This document shows, piece after piece, positions 6,815-15,802 of a DNA stretch of 30,437 nucleotides (within the stretch, counting starts at the first letter, position 1; each line of letters opens with the position of its first letter). Origin of the DNA: a virus (taxonomy: Duplodnaviria > Caudoviricetes); IMG/VR virus record IMGVR_UViG_3300020045_002023, positions 1 to 30,437 of that record. One strand, given 5' to 3'. The notes under the pieces are model-generated. The model was not told the DNA's origin. It was given only the letters and a program-made list of their open reading frames with translations, and searched no databases. The position numbers were made by a program, and so were the translations under genes.

Positions 6815-7444
6815 ATGTCAGAACCCGATATCACAGAACGCGAAATTCAGATTGGTAACAACGATGGCTATGTTGAGATCAATGAAACTGGCCAAATGAC
6901 CTTTGTTGGCGATGCCGAACTGGTGCTTACCGGCGGCAAACTGCCAACAACCACAGGCGATGTGGGCGAAACCGTCACGCTAACCCCTGGTGTTGGCATC
7001 TCTGGCGGCACCGGCACAGTGTTTAAAGCTGGGCTGACCTACATGGGGCCGCTGAAGAAGTGGACAATCCTGATCGACCTTACCGGCCTTAATTGCGGCG
7101 GTACGGCAGGTGATGTGATTGGCGTCAACGGCGCGGGCGCTGCTTATCTGTGCCAGATCAACGGCACGGTGGTAGGTGGGCGTATGTTGTGCCTGGAAGC
7201 CCCTGCTGGCGGCAACGCTGATATTGATCTGTATGCCGCTACCGAAGCAACGGGCGTTGAAGATGTGGCCATTTCCACACTTGCCGAAACCCAGTTGATC
7301 AACGGCGGCGCTCAGTCTGCTGGCACTCAAACCGTGCTGGCGGCTGTGCCCACTACCGGCCAATACCTGTACCTGACGTGCGGCACATCTACCGATGCAG
7401 CCTACACCGCTGGCATCTTCATCATCGAGCTTTTTGGCTACTAA
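6815..7444 (+). CDS. Gly/Thr-rich structural (decoration-like) protein
   Basis: AAGGA RBS. Beta-sandwich-like composition ending AGIFIIELFGY. Confidence 0.65.
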   Translation: MSEPDITEREIQIGNNDGYVEINETGQMTFVGDAELVLTGGKLPTTTGDVGETVTLTPGVGISGGTGTVFKAGLTYMGPLKKWTILIDLTGLNCGGTAGDVIGVNGAGAAYLCQINGTVVGGRMLCLEAPAGGNADIDLYAATEATGVEDVAISTLAETQLINGGAQSAGTQTVLAAVPTTGQYLYLTCGTSTDAAYTAGIFIIELFGY

Positions 7445-7946
7445 TCAACATAGTCACCTATCCTAGGACGGTAAACAGTGGACACAACACAAAAAGTATC
7501 CGCGCTTGATAAGCGGCTGGCGGTGTATGCGGAGCTAGACAGTCGCCGTCGCGCCAGTGTTGAGCCGAAGATCCAGCAAGCAACTTTCCAAAGATTGTTG
7601 CAAGGGCTAGACCGAATTGCAGAAGCAGCGATGCTGGTAGCAATTAAGCGCGGTGATGAAGCTGTCAACGAAATCAATCAACAAACAATTGCTGCCAAGC
7701 GTCGCCTCGGCCTACCCATTACGCACGACGACAGAGTTCGCCTTCCAGTCTCGATAAACGACCGAATAAACATGAAAGCTCAGCGAGAGTACGCCGCTAA
7801 AATGAGGCGAGAAGCGAAGATGGAAAGAGAGTACGGCGGGATGCGTGAAGGCCCACCAGGGGATTGGACGATCTATGGCAAATGCCGCTGCTCGTGCCAT
7901 TCCACCCAATAACGTAATCAACATAGGCCGCCTATCGAAAGACGGT
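7442..7946 (+). repeat. Imperfect ~31-bp direct repeats (7442-7472 and 7915-7946) flanking the 7478-7912 gene
   Basis: TAATCAACATAG-tc-ACCTATC-ctag-GACGGT versus TAATCAACATAG-gcc-GCCTATC-gaaa-GACGGT. Confidence 0.85.
7478..7912 (+). CDS. Basic hypothetical protein
   Basis: 144-aa ORF with a GTG start directly after the hairpin motif. Ends CRCSCH. Confidence 0.55.
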   Translation: MDTTQKVSALDKRLAVYAELDSRRRASVEPKIQQATFQRLLQGLDRIAEAAMLVAIKRGDEAVNEINQQTIAAKRRLGLPITHDDRVRLPVSINDRINMKAQREYAAKMRREAKMEREYGGMREGPPGDWTIYGKCRCSCHSTQ

Positions 7947-7955
7947 GGACGTAAT

Positions 7956-8399
7956 ATGGCAAGACCCACCGATTACGACTTGTCGAAAGCCCTTTTTATA
8001 TGTGAGCGAATAGCAGACGGAGAGAGCCTGCGGACGATTTGCTCAGATGAGGAAATGCCGGGGCGGACGACTGTCTATCAATGGCTTGAGGCAAACAAGG
8101 AATTTGCGAACCACTACGCGAGAGCCAGGGAAGAGCAGGCGGACACCCTTGCTGACGAGATCATCGGCATTGCTGACGAGTCCTATAAAGACTTCATCGC
8201 CAATGAGGATGGTTCTGAGCGTGTCAACAGCGAAGCCATCGCCCGCAGCCGCTTGAGGGTTGATGCCAGGAAGTGGGTGGCAGCCAAGCTCAGGCCGCTG
8301 CGCTACGGTGACAAGGTGACAAACGTCCATGAGGGCGGGGCAACGCCAATTAAAACGCAGATGGTGGTCTTTGAGGGCGTCGGCCCTGATGCGGATTAA
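7956..8399 (+). CDS. terS: Terminase small subunit (Sf6 gp1-like)
   Basis: MARPTDY..., ICERIADGESLRTIC, Y.RARE.QAD.LADEI..IAD and RSRLRVDARKW.AAKL.P..YGDK. Directly upstream of TerL. Confidence 0.9.
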   Translation: MARPTDYDLSKALFICERIADGESLRTICSDEEMPGRTTVYQWLEANKEFANHYARAREEQADTLADEIIGIADESYKDFIANEDGSERVNSEAIARSRLRVDARKWVAAKLRPLRYGDKVTNVHEGGATPIKTQMVVFEGVGPDAD

Positions 8400-9879
8400 G
8401 TGCCTCAACAAGTTTAAACCGCTGCTAGAGAAGCCCAAGCGCGTCAAGATACTGGTCGGCGGCAGGGGAAGTACCAAGTCCACGTTCGTTTCGGACTATG
8501 TGCTGGCCTGCATTAGCGGCGGCCAATTGTGGTGCTGCGCGAGAGAGTTTCAAAACTCTATTGATGAATCCGTCCACCGGCTGTTGCTGGACGAGATTGA
8601 TCGCACGGGATTTGAAGGCTTTGACTCCGACAATACCCACATCCGCCACCGCTCCGGCGGGCGCAACTTCTACCGAGGGCTGGCCCGCAATATCCAGAGT
8701 ATCAAGTCCATGCTATCGGGCGTTGATGGCTTGTGGATTGAGGAAGGGGAGTCGCTCTCGGAAAACACGCTGCGAGTGATGACGGCATCCCTTCGATTGA
8801 GCGCCAAAGACTCGGAAAGGGTAATTGCTGGCGAAGATGTGCGGATGCCGGAAATCTGGATCACCATGAACCGAGGATCGACGGCAGACGCCATCGCTAA
8901 GAAGTGGCTGAAGCGGGCAGAGCCAGCCCTTGAGCGCCACGGCTATTACGAAGATGACATGGTGATGATTGTGGAAGTCAACTATACCGACATGCCGCAT
9001 TCATGGTTTGCAGCTTCTGGGCTTGAGCAAGAGCGGCTGGACGATCTGGGAAACATGCCAAGGGCGCTCTACGATCACCGATGGCACGGCAAGTACCTGG
9101 AAACGGTAGATAACCCGCTAACCATGCCGGAGTGGTTTGATGCGGCGGTAGATGCGCACACGAAGTCAAAAGTCTTTGATCCGCACGGCGCTGTTATTGC
9201 TGCTTACGATCCGTTTGACGATGGCGACGATGCCGCCAGTCTTGCGATTCGTCATGGCTCGATTATCAAGGCCATCTACACGAAAACCAGCGGCGAGATA
9301 GACGAATGCACCGATTGGGCAACGGCCCTGGCGATCAAGCACGGCGCTGACTGGTTTTACTGGGATGGCGACGGCATGGGCACCGGCCTGAAGCGGCAGA
9401 TAGCGCAAGCCTTCCACGGCAAGCATACCCGATGGGAGATGTTCAAAGGCTCCCTGTCCGGCAAGGGCATGGACGACGCGGATCGCTTCTACCAGCCGTT
9501 TGCCACCGAAGAACAGCACAAGCGCAAGTATCAGGACACCTTTGCCAACAACCGCAGCCGCTATTACACCGATCTGGCGACACGGTTTCACAACACTTAT
9601 CGGCACATCGTCAAGGGCGAGTACGTTGATCCTGACGACATGATTTCCCTGGACAGCAAAGGCATTGCCGACATTCCGGCGATCAAGGCCCAGGTATGCC
9701 GCATACCACTGAAGCCCAAGGGTAACGGCTTGATCCAGATCATGGCCAAACAGGAAATGAAAAAGCTGTTGCAAATGCCATCACCGAACGATGCGGACAG
9801 CATGATGATGACCATGAAGTTTCCGAAGCTGCTGGACATTACCGAACCCAATTCATTTGAGCCGGACTTTGAGACATGA
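8389..9879 (+). CDS. terL: Terminase large subunit (PBSX/Sf6-like)
   Basis: Walker A GGRGSTKS, CAREFQNSI.ESV, Walker B WIEEGE, nuclease acidic motifs AYDP..DGDD and SPNDADS. Confidence 0.95.
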   Translation: MRIKCLNKFKPLLEKPKRVKILVGGRGSTKSTFVSDYVLACISGGQLWCCAREFQNSIDESVHRLLLDEIDRTGFEGFDSDNTHIRHRSGGRNFYRGLARNIQSIKSMLSGVDGLWIEEGESLSENTLRVMTASLRLSAKDSERVIAGEDVRMPEIWITMNRGSTADAIAKKWLKRAEPALERHGYYEDDMVMIVEVNYTDMPHSWFAASGLEQERLDDLGNMPRALYDHRWHGKYLETVDNPLTMPEWFDAAVDAHTKSKVFDPHGAVIAAYDPFDDGDDAASLAIRHGSIIKAIYTKTSGEIDECTDWATALAIKHGADWFYWDGDGMGTGLKRQIAQAFHGKHTRWEMFKGSLSGKGMDDADRFYQPFATEEQHKRKYQDTFANNRSRYYTDLATRFHNTYRHIVKGEYVDPDDMISLDSKGIADIPAIKAQVCRIPLKPKGNGLIQIMAKQEMKKLLQMPSPNDADSMMMTMKFPKLLDITEPNSFEPDFET

Positions 9880-10007
9880 GTTACGCACAGAACCACATGG
9901 AACTGCTGAAGAACAGCCCGAAAGCGATGGCGCTGTATCAGTATTATTTGAGCAAAAGAATCAAGCCTGCCGACGCATTCAAGCGGGCGGTGAGAGAAGC
10001 AAGATGA
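9876..10007 (+). CDS. Small basic hypothetical protein (43 aa, MSYAQNHM...)
   Basis: Not in the ORF track. ATGA overlaps at both ends. Confidence 0.55.
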   Translation: MSYAQNHMELLKNSPKAMALYQYYLSKRIKPADAFKRAVREAR

Positions 10008-10363
10008 GCGCAATCCTTCTGGCCGACGAAGATCAGGCCAACAACTGCATTGAAGCCACCAATATCTGCAAGGTGCTGGGCAACGCACTGGTCGCTGCTT
10101 ACCCAAAGCGTAAGTGGTTTGTGGATGTGAACTGGGTGGGCAAGGTGGCGTGGGTATGCTGCCCGGACATTTCCATGCAATACGGCTTCTGCCTGCACCT
10201 GAACAAGCTGGTCATTGAGGCACAGAAGGCCGCCGTGATGGCGGGCGGTGAATTGCTGGAGCGGTTTGACCTGTCCCGCAATCGCAACGCTGTGGGCGGT
10301 TTTGAATATCTGATAAGAGATGCGCGAGGCAATGCGATTGCAGCCAAGCAGGGTGGCCTGTGA
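10004..10363 (+). CDS. Hypothetical pre-portal protein (119 aa)
   Basis: ATGA/GTGA coupling on both sides. YP...W.V and AVMAGGELLERF motifs. Confidence 0.65.
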   Translation: MSAILLADEDQANNCIEATNICKVLGNALVAAYPKRKWFVDVNWVGKVAWVCCPDISMQYGFCLHLNKLVIEAQKAAVMAGGELLERFDLSRNRNAVGGFEYLIRDARGNAIAAKQGGL

Positions 10364-12543
10364 CAGACGATATCGACATTGACTACCAGCCGAACCTAGA
10401 GACTGGCGGCGGACTGGATTCGCCAGATCAATCGTCATGGCTCAAGGTGGCAGCGCAAGCCTTCCGCGATTCGACGAATTATTACGAGTCTGCACTGTAT
10501 GACAGATGGCGGGACAATATCGCCCATTTCCGGTCCGAGCACCCGCAAGGCTCCAAGTACACCACGGATGCCTATAAGCACCGCTCCAAAGTATTCCGGC
10601 CCAAGGCCCGCAGTGCCGAGCGCATCCTGGAAGCCACGGCAGCCACCGCCCTGTTTACCAACGATGAATTGATCGAAATCCGGGGCGTTGATCCCAACAA
10701 TACGCAGCAAGCTGTAGCCGCCAAGCTACACAAGGCCGTATTGCAACACCGAATGGAAACATCCATTCCGTGGTTTTTAACGTCTATCGGCGCGTACCAG
10801 GACTGCAATGTTTACGGTATCTGCATCTCTAAGCAGACATGGAAATTCGACAAGAAGCGCAACGTAAGCTATGAGCCTGCGTACAACGATGACGGTACGC
10901 CGGTTGTCGATGAAAACGGCATGATGCTGGGCGAGGAAATCATCACCGAAGAAATTCGGGAAGATAAGCCAGACATTACGCTGATTGCGCCGGATAACTT
11001 CAGGTTTGACGCGAACGCCGACTGGCGGGACGTGATTGGCACCAGCCCTTACCTGATCGAATTGATACCCATGTACGCAACCGATGTAATGGATGCGGGC
11101 AAAAATGGCGACTGGCACGAATACACCTTGGGCCGGATCATTGCAGCCGGTAGCGAGGAAATTGATCAGGGTGAAACCGTCCGCGATGCCCGCTACGGCA
11201 AATCAAACCTTGATCCCGTCGATGCCGACACGCAAAACGAATTCAAATTGATCTGGGTGCGGCACAACATTATACGCCGTGACGGGGATGATTATTGCTT
11301 CTACACCGTGGGCGATACCCTACTGCTGACTGATCCCGCCCCGCTGAAAGATGTTTTCCCCCACGGCAGAGAGTTGTACCGGCTTGGCTTCAGCATCATC
11401 GAAACCCACAAGACGCACCCGTCCAGTGCTATCGAGCTGGGCAGGCCGCTGGTTGATCTGATCAACGATGTGACAAACCAACGTCTGGATAACGTCAAGC
11501 TTATCCTGAACAAGCGTTACAAGCTGCGAAGGGGAGCCAAGATCGACGTGGGCGCACTGATGCGGAATGTTCCTGGCGGCGGCGTTCTCATGGACGACAT
11601 TAACGCCGATATCGGTACGTTTGAAACCAATGACGTAACGTCATCATCCTATGTCGAGCAGGACAGGCTGTCCGTGGAAGCGGATGAACTCTTTGGCACT
11701 TTCTCGCAGAACTCTGTCCAGACTAACCGCGCACTCAACGAAACCGTGGGCGGAATGAATCTCATGTCAGCATCCGCTAACCAGATTCAGGAGCTACAGC
11801 TTCGCACATTCATTGAAACATGGGTTGAGCCGGTACTCCGAACAATGGTTAAGCTGGAATCGCTGTATGAGACAGACGAAACCATATTAGCCTTAGCCGC
11901 TGGCGCTGCCGAGTATTACGATCAGATAGATGACGATCTAATGCTTCAGGACTTGGTAGTAAAGGTCAACGTGGGAATGGGCAACACCAACCCGCAGCAG
12001 AAACTAGAGCGATTCATGATGCCGATTCAGGTGGCGTCACAGTTCACCGAATTCGCCCAGGAAATTGACTGGCTGGAAGTGGGCAAAGAAGCCTTTGCAC
12101 AGGCAGGGCAGGGCGACGGTAGCCGCTTCATGCTCACGGACGAGAAGAAGGCGCAGCGGGCGCAGGCGGCACAAGGGCAATCTGATCCGCGTGTCCAGAT
12201 CGAAGAAATGCGGGGCCAGATAGCGCAGATGAAGGAAGACGGGGCATCCGCCCGCAAGCAGATGGAAGTGGAGTCAAGAGAGCGCATAGCCCAATTCCAG
12301 GGCGAAATCGACAAGTCAGTTGCCGAGTTTGAAGGCCAGCTTAAGAAAGAACTGGCCGAGATGGGCTATCAGGGCGACAAGGACTTGCAGTTCGACAAGC
12401 TTAAGACAGACCTCAACCGCACCGTCATGCAACTTAGCACCACTAAGGAGCTGGCTGCACAGAGCGCCACGGCCAAGCAAATGCCGAGGCCGATTGTGGA
12501 GCCGCCACAGCGAGCCCCGCCGGGGCAGTCCTACCAGCAGTAA
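10360..12543 (+). CDS. Portal protein with C-terminal coiled-coil barrel (P22-like podovirus type)
   Basis: 727 aa, located after TerL. FRFD.NAD, NQRLDNV, ETVGGM motif and a Q/E/K-rich heptad tail. Confidence 0.88.
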   Translation: MTDDIDIDYQPNLETGGGLDSPDQSSWLKVAAQAFRDSTNYYESALYDRWRDNIAHFRSEHPQGSKYTTDAYKHRSKVFRPKARSAERILEATAATALFTNDELIEIRGVDPNNTQQAVAAKLHKAVLQHRMETSIPWFLTSIGAYQDCNVYGICISKQTWKFDKKRNVSYEPAYNDDGTPVVDENGMMLGEEIITEEIREDKPDITLIAPDNFRFDANADWRDVIGTSPYLIELIPMYATDVMDAGKNGDWHEYTLGRIIAAGSEEIDQGETVRDARYGKSNLDPVDADTQNEFKLIWVRHNIIRRDGDDYCFYTVGDTLLLTDPAPLKDVFPHGRELYRLGFSIIETHKTHPSSAIELGRPLVDLINDVTNQRLDNVKLILNKRYKLRRGAKIDVGALMRNVPGGGVLMDDINADIGTFETNDVTSSSYVEQDRLSVEADELFGTFSQNSVQTNRALNETVGGMNLMSASANQIQELQLRTFIETWVEPVLRTMVKLESLYETDETILALAAGAAEYYDQIDDDLMLQDLVVKVNVGMGNTNPQQKLERFMMPIQVASQFTEFAQEIDWLEVGKEAFAQAGQGDGSRFMLTDEKKAQRAQAAQGQSDPRVQIEEMRGQIAQMKEDGASARKQMEVESRERIAQFQGEIDKSVAEFEGQLKKELAEMGYQGDKDLQFDKLKTDLNRTVMQLSTTKELAAQSATAKQMPRPIVEPPQRAPPGQSYQQ

Positions 12544-12546
12544 CGC

Positions 12547-12570
12547 AGCCGCCTCCGGGCGGTTTTTTAT
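12547..12570 (+). terminator. Intrinsic terminator after the portal gene
   Basis: GCCGCC-tccg-GGCGGT followed by TTTTT. Confidence 0.8.
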
Positions 12571-12587
12571 GCCTATCGAAAGACGGT
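12571..12587 (+). promoter_or_regulatory. Hairpin motif GCCTATC-GAAA-GACGGT, identical to 7930-7946
   Basis: Exact 17-nt repeat, 5 nt upstream of ATG 12593. Confidence 0.7.
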
Positions 12588-12592
12588 AATCC

Positions 12593-12931
12593 ATGAGCTA
12601 CGAAGAAGGGCTATTAGGCGGCGACATTACCCCGGAATTTCTAAGCCGGGAAGAAGAAGAACTCTTTGCCGAGGCGTCATTGGGCGTCGAAGCCATCCGC
12701 TTCCTGAATTCTGACTTGGGGCGAATTATGCGGGGCTATGCCCTGCAAGAAGTGGAGGAGTGCAAAGAGAAGCTGCTTTCCGTCAAGCCCTGGACGCCGT
12801 GGGGCAAGCGCAAGATTTTTGCCTTGCAACAGCGGGCGGCAGTGGCGAACCAATTTATCAGTTTCGTGAAGGAAGCCCTAATGCGGGGCCAGATCGCGGA
12901 GCTTTCCTTGAAAAACCTGAGAGATCAATAG
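12593..12931 (+). CDS. Small helical head-module protein between portal and scaffold
   Basis: 112 aa at a position commonly occupied in podovirus head modules. Confidence 0.7.
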   Translation: MSYEEGLLGGDITPEFLSREEEELFAEASLGVEAIRFLNSDLGRIMRGYALQEVEECKEKLLSVKPWTPWGKRKIFALQQRAAVANQFISFVKEALMRGQIAELSLKNLRDQ

Positions 12932-12932
12932 C

Positions 12933-14000
12933 ATGAACGACACCACCCAGATGGGCGTGTCAACAGACGAACAAGACTCTGTTGATACCGAAGTAACAGA
13001 GAAGCGCGAACTGACAGATCGTGAGCGCATGATGAATGAGATAGCCCGCCAGAACGCGGAGCTGGAAGGCCGGGAATACCCCGCCGAAACAGCAGAAGAA
13101 ACAACCGAATTGAGTGCTGACACTCAAGCGACGGACGATGGACTGTCCGCCGACGCCCCGGCTAAAGCTGCGGCTGATCCCCTGGACGAACTGGGTTACT
13201 ACCGAAAACCTGATGGCCAAATCTACACCAAGTTGAAAATCAACGGTGAAGAGCGAGAAGTATTGGCGTCACAGGTAAAGGCGTATAGCCAGAAAGTCAT
13301 TGCAGGGGAGCAGGCACTACGGCAAGCCGCCGAGGAGCGTACCCGATTGCAGGCAGAACGCGCCGACCTCGACAGAGAGCGGCAAGAACGACTGCGGCAG
13401 TCATTGTCTCAGCCATCCCCGATGGACGCTGATGATATTAAGGACAAGGCGAAAGCCTTTATTCAGAAGATTTATGACGGCGAAGAAGGCGCTGAAAATG
13501 ACTTGGTGGCGTTCATGCAATCTGCACGAACTACCGTAAACCCCAATGACATTATTCAAGCGGCAAAAGCCGAAATGAAATCTGAACTGGAACGGGAGCG
13601 ACAAGCCGACTTTGATCGGTCTTGGAGCCAATCAGTTGAGGACGGAAACGAGGCGTTGTACAACAACCACCCCGAAATCTACCAAGATCAAACCCTGTTT
13701 GGCATGGTAAATAACCGCACCGCTGAAATGGTACAAGCCAAACAGCAAGGCGATCCCGAATACATCAATTTAGCCCCTGCCGACATCATTGCGAAAGCAG
13801 CGACGGAAGTACAGGACTGGCTGGATTCCCGCACCAACAAGGCAAAGCCTAGCGGAAATTCGCGCCAGCAGCGGAAGGACGGACTGAAACCCATGCCGAA
13901 CGGGCTGGGAACGGTTAACCAGAAGCCGAAAGCCCCTGTATTGGACACATCCCCCCTTGCCGCTATTGCTCGCATGAAGAATTCACGGGCCGTCATTTAA
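12933..14000 (+). CDS. Capsid scaffolding protein
   Basis: Acidic N-terminus, LKINGEEREV motif, coiled coil and basic C-terminal helix. Directly upstream of the capsid gene. Confidence 0.82.
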   Translation: MNDTTQMGVSTDEQDSVDTEVTEKRELTDRERMMNEIARQNAELEGREYPAETAEETTELSADTQATDDGLSADAPAKAAADPLDELGYYRKPDGQIYTKLKINGEEREVLASQVKAYSQKVIAGEQALRQAAEERTRLQAERADLDRERQERLRQSLSQPSPMDADDIKDKAKAFIQKIYDGEEGAENDLVAFMQSARTTVNPNDIIQAAKAEMKSELERERQADFDRSWSQSVEDGNEALYNNHPEIYQDQTLFGMVNNRTAEMVQAKQQGDPEYINLAPADIIAKAATEVQDWLDSRTNKAKPSGNSRQQRKDGLKPMPNGLGTVNQKPKAPVLDTSPLAAIARMKNSRAVI

Positions 14001-14018
14001 TTATCGAGAGGCAACACA

Positions 14019-14972
14019 ATGGCTAGTTTAGCTTGGTCTGATACCCAGTCCGGGTATCTTGATAACCCCACACTGTCCGAAGAATTTCGGGTAGCCGTAC
14101 AACCCCTGTCCCGCTTCCGCCAGTTTGCGGATGTGCAAGCCGCTATCGGCAAACACCGTGGACAAACCTACCAATGGAACGTCTACGGCGACACCACCGC
14201 CGACAACCCAGACGGCACCATTGTTGAAAACGCGCCCATGCCTGAAGGCGACTTTGCGATCTCGCAAGGCTCCGTCACCATCGCAGAGCGCGGCCATTCG
14301 GTGCCATTTACGGGCAAGATTGAGGCGCTTTCTGAGCACGATATCAAGAAGATCGTGTTCCAGGTGTTGCGGAACAACTGCAACAAGGTGATGGACTATG
14401 CTTGCTGGCAGGATGGCTTTAACAGCGCCATTCTTCGCTATGTGGCCACTGGTGCAACCGCCTACACCCTGACGCAAGCCGCCACCCCTGTTGGCACCAA
14501 CGACAGCGACTTGAGCGCCGCCCACGTCAAGAAGATTGCTGATCTCCTCCAAGAGAGAAACATTCCGGCGTTCGATGGCGAGCATTACATGTGCGTTGCG
14601 CGTCCTTCCACACTGCGGGCATTCAAAGATGATCTGGAAGCGTCTTTCATGTACACCCAGGAAGGCTACAACCGCGTGGTGAATGGCGAGAATGGCCGCT
14701 ATGAGGGTATTCGTTTTGTCTCTCAAACCAACATTGCCGACGAAGCGTGGAGCAACAACAAGTCTGATGCCGCATATTTTTTTGGTGCTGACACTGTTGT
14801 TGAGGCCGTTGCCTGCCCCGAAGAACTTCGCGCCAAGGTGGGCGAGGACTACGGTCGATCCAAGGGCATTGCCTACTATGCACTGAACGCCTTTGCCTGC
14901 ATTCACGCAGACACCACATCCACTGCCACCAAAGCCCAGGCGAGAATCCTCGTATGGGATAGTGCGGCCTGA
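14019..14972 (+). CDS. Major capsid protein (HK97 fold, N4-gp56-like)
   Basis: 317 aa with a GAGAGG RBS. FRQFA, L...NIPAFDG.HY and NGENGRYEGIRFV motifs. Confidence 0.9.
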   Translation: MASLAWSDTQSGYLDNPTLSEEFRVAVQPLSRFRQFADVQAAIGKHRGQTYQWNVYGDTTADNPDGTIVENAPMPEGDFAISQGSVTIAERGHSVPFTGKIEALSEHDIKKIVFQVLRNNCNKVMDYACWQDGFNSAILRYVATGATAYTLTQAATPVGTNDSDLSAAHVKKIADLLQERNIPAFDGEHYMCVARPSTLRAFKDDLEASFMYTQEGYNRVVNGENGRYEGIRFVSQTNIADEAWSNNKSDAAYFFGADTVVEAVACPEELRAKVGEDYGRSKGIAYYALNAFACIHADTTSTATKAQARILVWDSAA

Positions 14973-14987
14973 TAGGAGAAATTGACA

Positions 14988-15359
14988 ATGGCTTACAACA
15001 CCCCGATTGTTTGCTGCTACAACCTGGCAGCAGCGACTATCTCAACCGCCGCCAATCTCCAAGTCCTGAAAGGCCCATCCGGGCTTCAGGGCCGTGTGAT
15101 TGATATGGCGTTCACCGTCACCACCACCACCACCACCACCGCCTCTGAATTGAGCGTAGGGACTGTAGCTGATCCCGATGCCTATGCTCAGATCGCGGTT
15201 CCCGTGGTGGCCGCTGGCACTGGCACCTGCACCAATGGCGCAACCATCTACACCGATGACGATAACCTGATGCCTGCTGATACGGCGTTTGTTATCTACA
15301 CCGATGGCGGTTGTGACGCTGGCGCTTGTGACATTGCCGTAACCATTGCCTGGTTCTAA
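14988..15359 (+). CDS. Putative capsid decoration/cement protein
   Basis: AGGAG RBS, follows the capsid gene. LSVGT..DPDAY motif in a beta-rich sequence. Confidence 0.65.
   Translation: MAYNTPIVCCYNLAAATISTAANLQVLKGPSGLQGRVIDMAFTVTTTTTTTASELSVGTVADPDAYAQIAVPVVAAGTGTCTNGATIYTDDDNLMPADTAFVIYTDGGCDAGACDIAVTIAWF
15120..15140 (+). repeat. (ACC)7 perfect trinucleotide repeat encoding poly-Thr
   Basis: Read directly from the sequence. Confidence 0.9.
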
Positions 15360-15369
15360 GGAGAATCAC

Positions 15370-15537
15370 ATGAAGCAAGAATCTGGAACTCACCGCCCTA
15401 TGGGCAAAAAAGGTGGCACTTCTGCTGGACTGGAATCCGGCGTGGCAGAAGTGCAAGCCATCAAGCAATCAAGCCCTGATCTGGCCAAGGATGTACGTCC
15501 TAAAGCTGTGAAGCTCGGCTCTATTGCCATGAAGTAA
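15370..15537 (+). CDS. Small hypothetical protein (55 aa)
   Basis: Strong AAGGAG RBS before ATG 15370. Confidence 0.6.
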   Translation: MKQESGTHRPMGKKGGTSAGLESGVAEVQAIKQSSPDLAKDVRPKAVKLGSIAMK

Positions 15538-15543
15538 CCGCCT

Positions 15544-15596
15544 TGCGGGATTTCCCGCAGCGCAACCGATTGGGGGCTTCGGCCCCCTTTCTTTTT
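15544..15596 (+). terminator. Hairpin plus intrinsic terminator closing the capsid block
   Basis: TGCGGGA-tt-TCCCGCA (15544-15559), then GGGGGC-TTCG-GCCCCC-TTTCTTTTT (15572-15596). Confidence 0.85.
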
Positions 15597-15607
15597 ATGG
15601 GGATTTT

Positions 15608-15802
15608 ATGAAACGCAAGAACGTAGAAATAGGCTGCTCCCCTTGGGAAGAACCCAAAAAGCAGATCGACAAATTCAGTGACGGCGAAGGCGCAAGCCTT
15701 GCCGATGGCCTCTCTGCCCGCGTGGAGATGCATGGCGAAGAGGATGCGTGGAAAGGCCGAGGCCCGTCCATCTACCGCAAAACCGAAGGGCCAGTACGAT
15801 GA
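15608..15802 (+). CDS. Small hypothetical protein
   Basis: 64 aa, ATGA-coupled to the next gene. Confidence 0.55.
   Translation: MKRKNVEIGCSPWEEPKKQIDKFSDGEGASLADGLSARVEMHGEEDAWKGRGPSIYRKTEGPVR

Noticed and set aside
14001-14014. TTATC-GAGA-GGCAA upstream of the capsid gene as a fifth copy of the hairpin motif
   Set aside because: The outer stem is only 1-2 bp and the similarity is largely explained by the GAGAGG Shine-Dalgarno. A weak candidate at best.
14028-14906. Long antisense ORF (292 aa) opposite the capsid gene, and similar ones at 9166-9774, 22922-23413 and 25493-26365
   Set aside because: Shadow ORFs from codon bias of the sense genes, with no RBS context or recognisable motifs.
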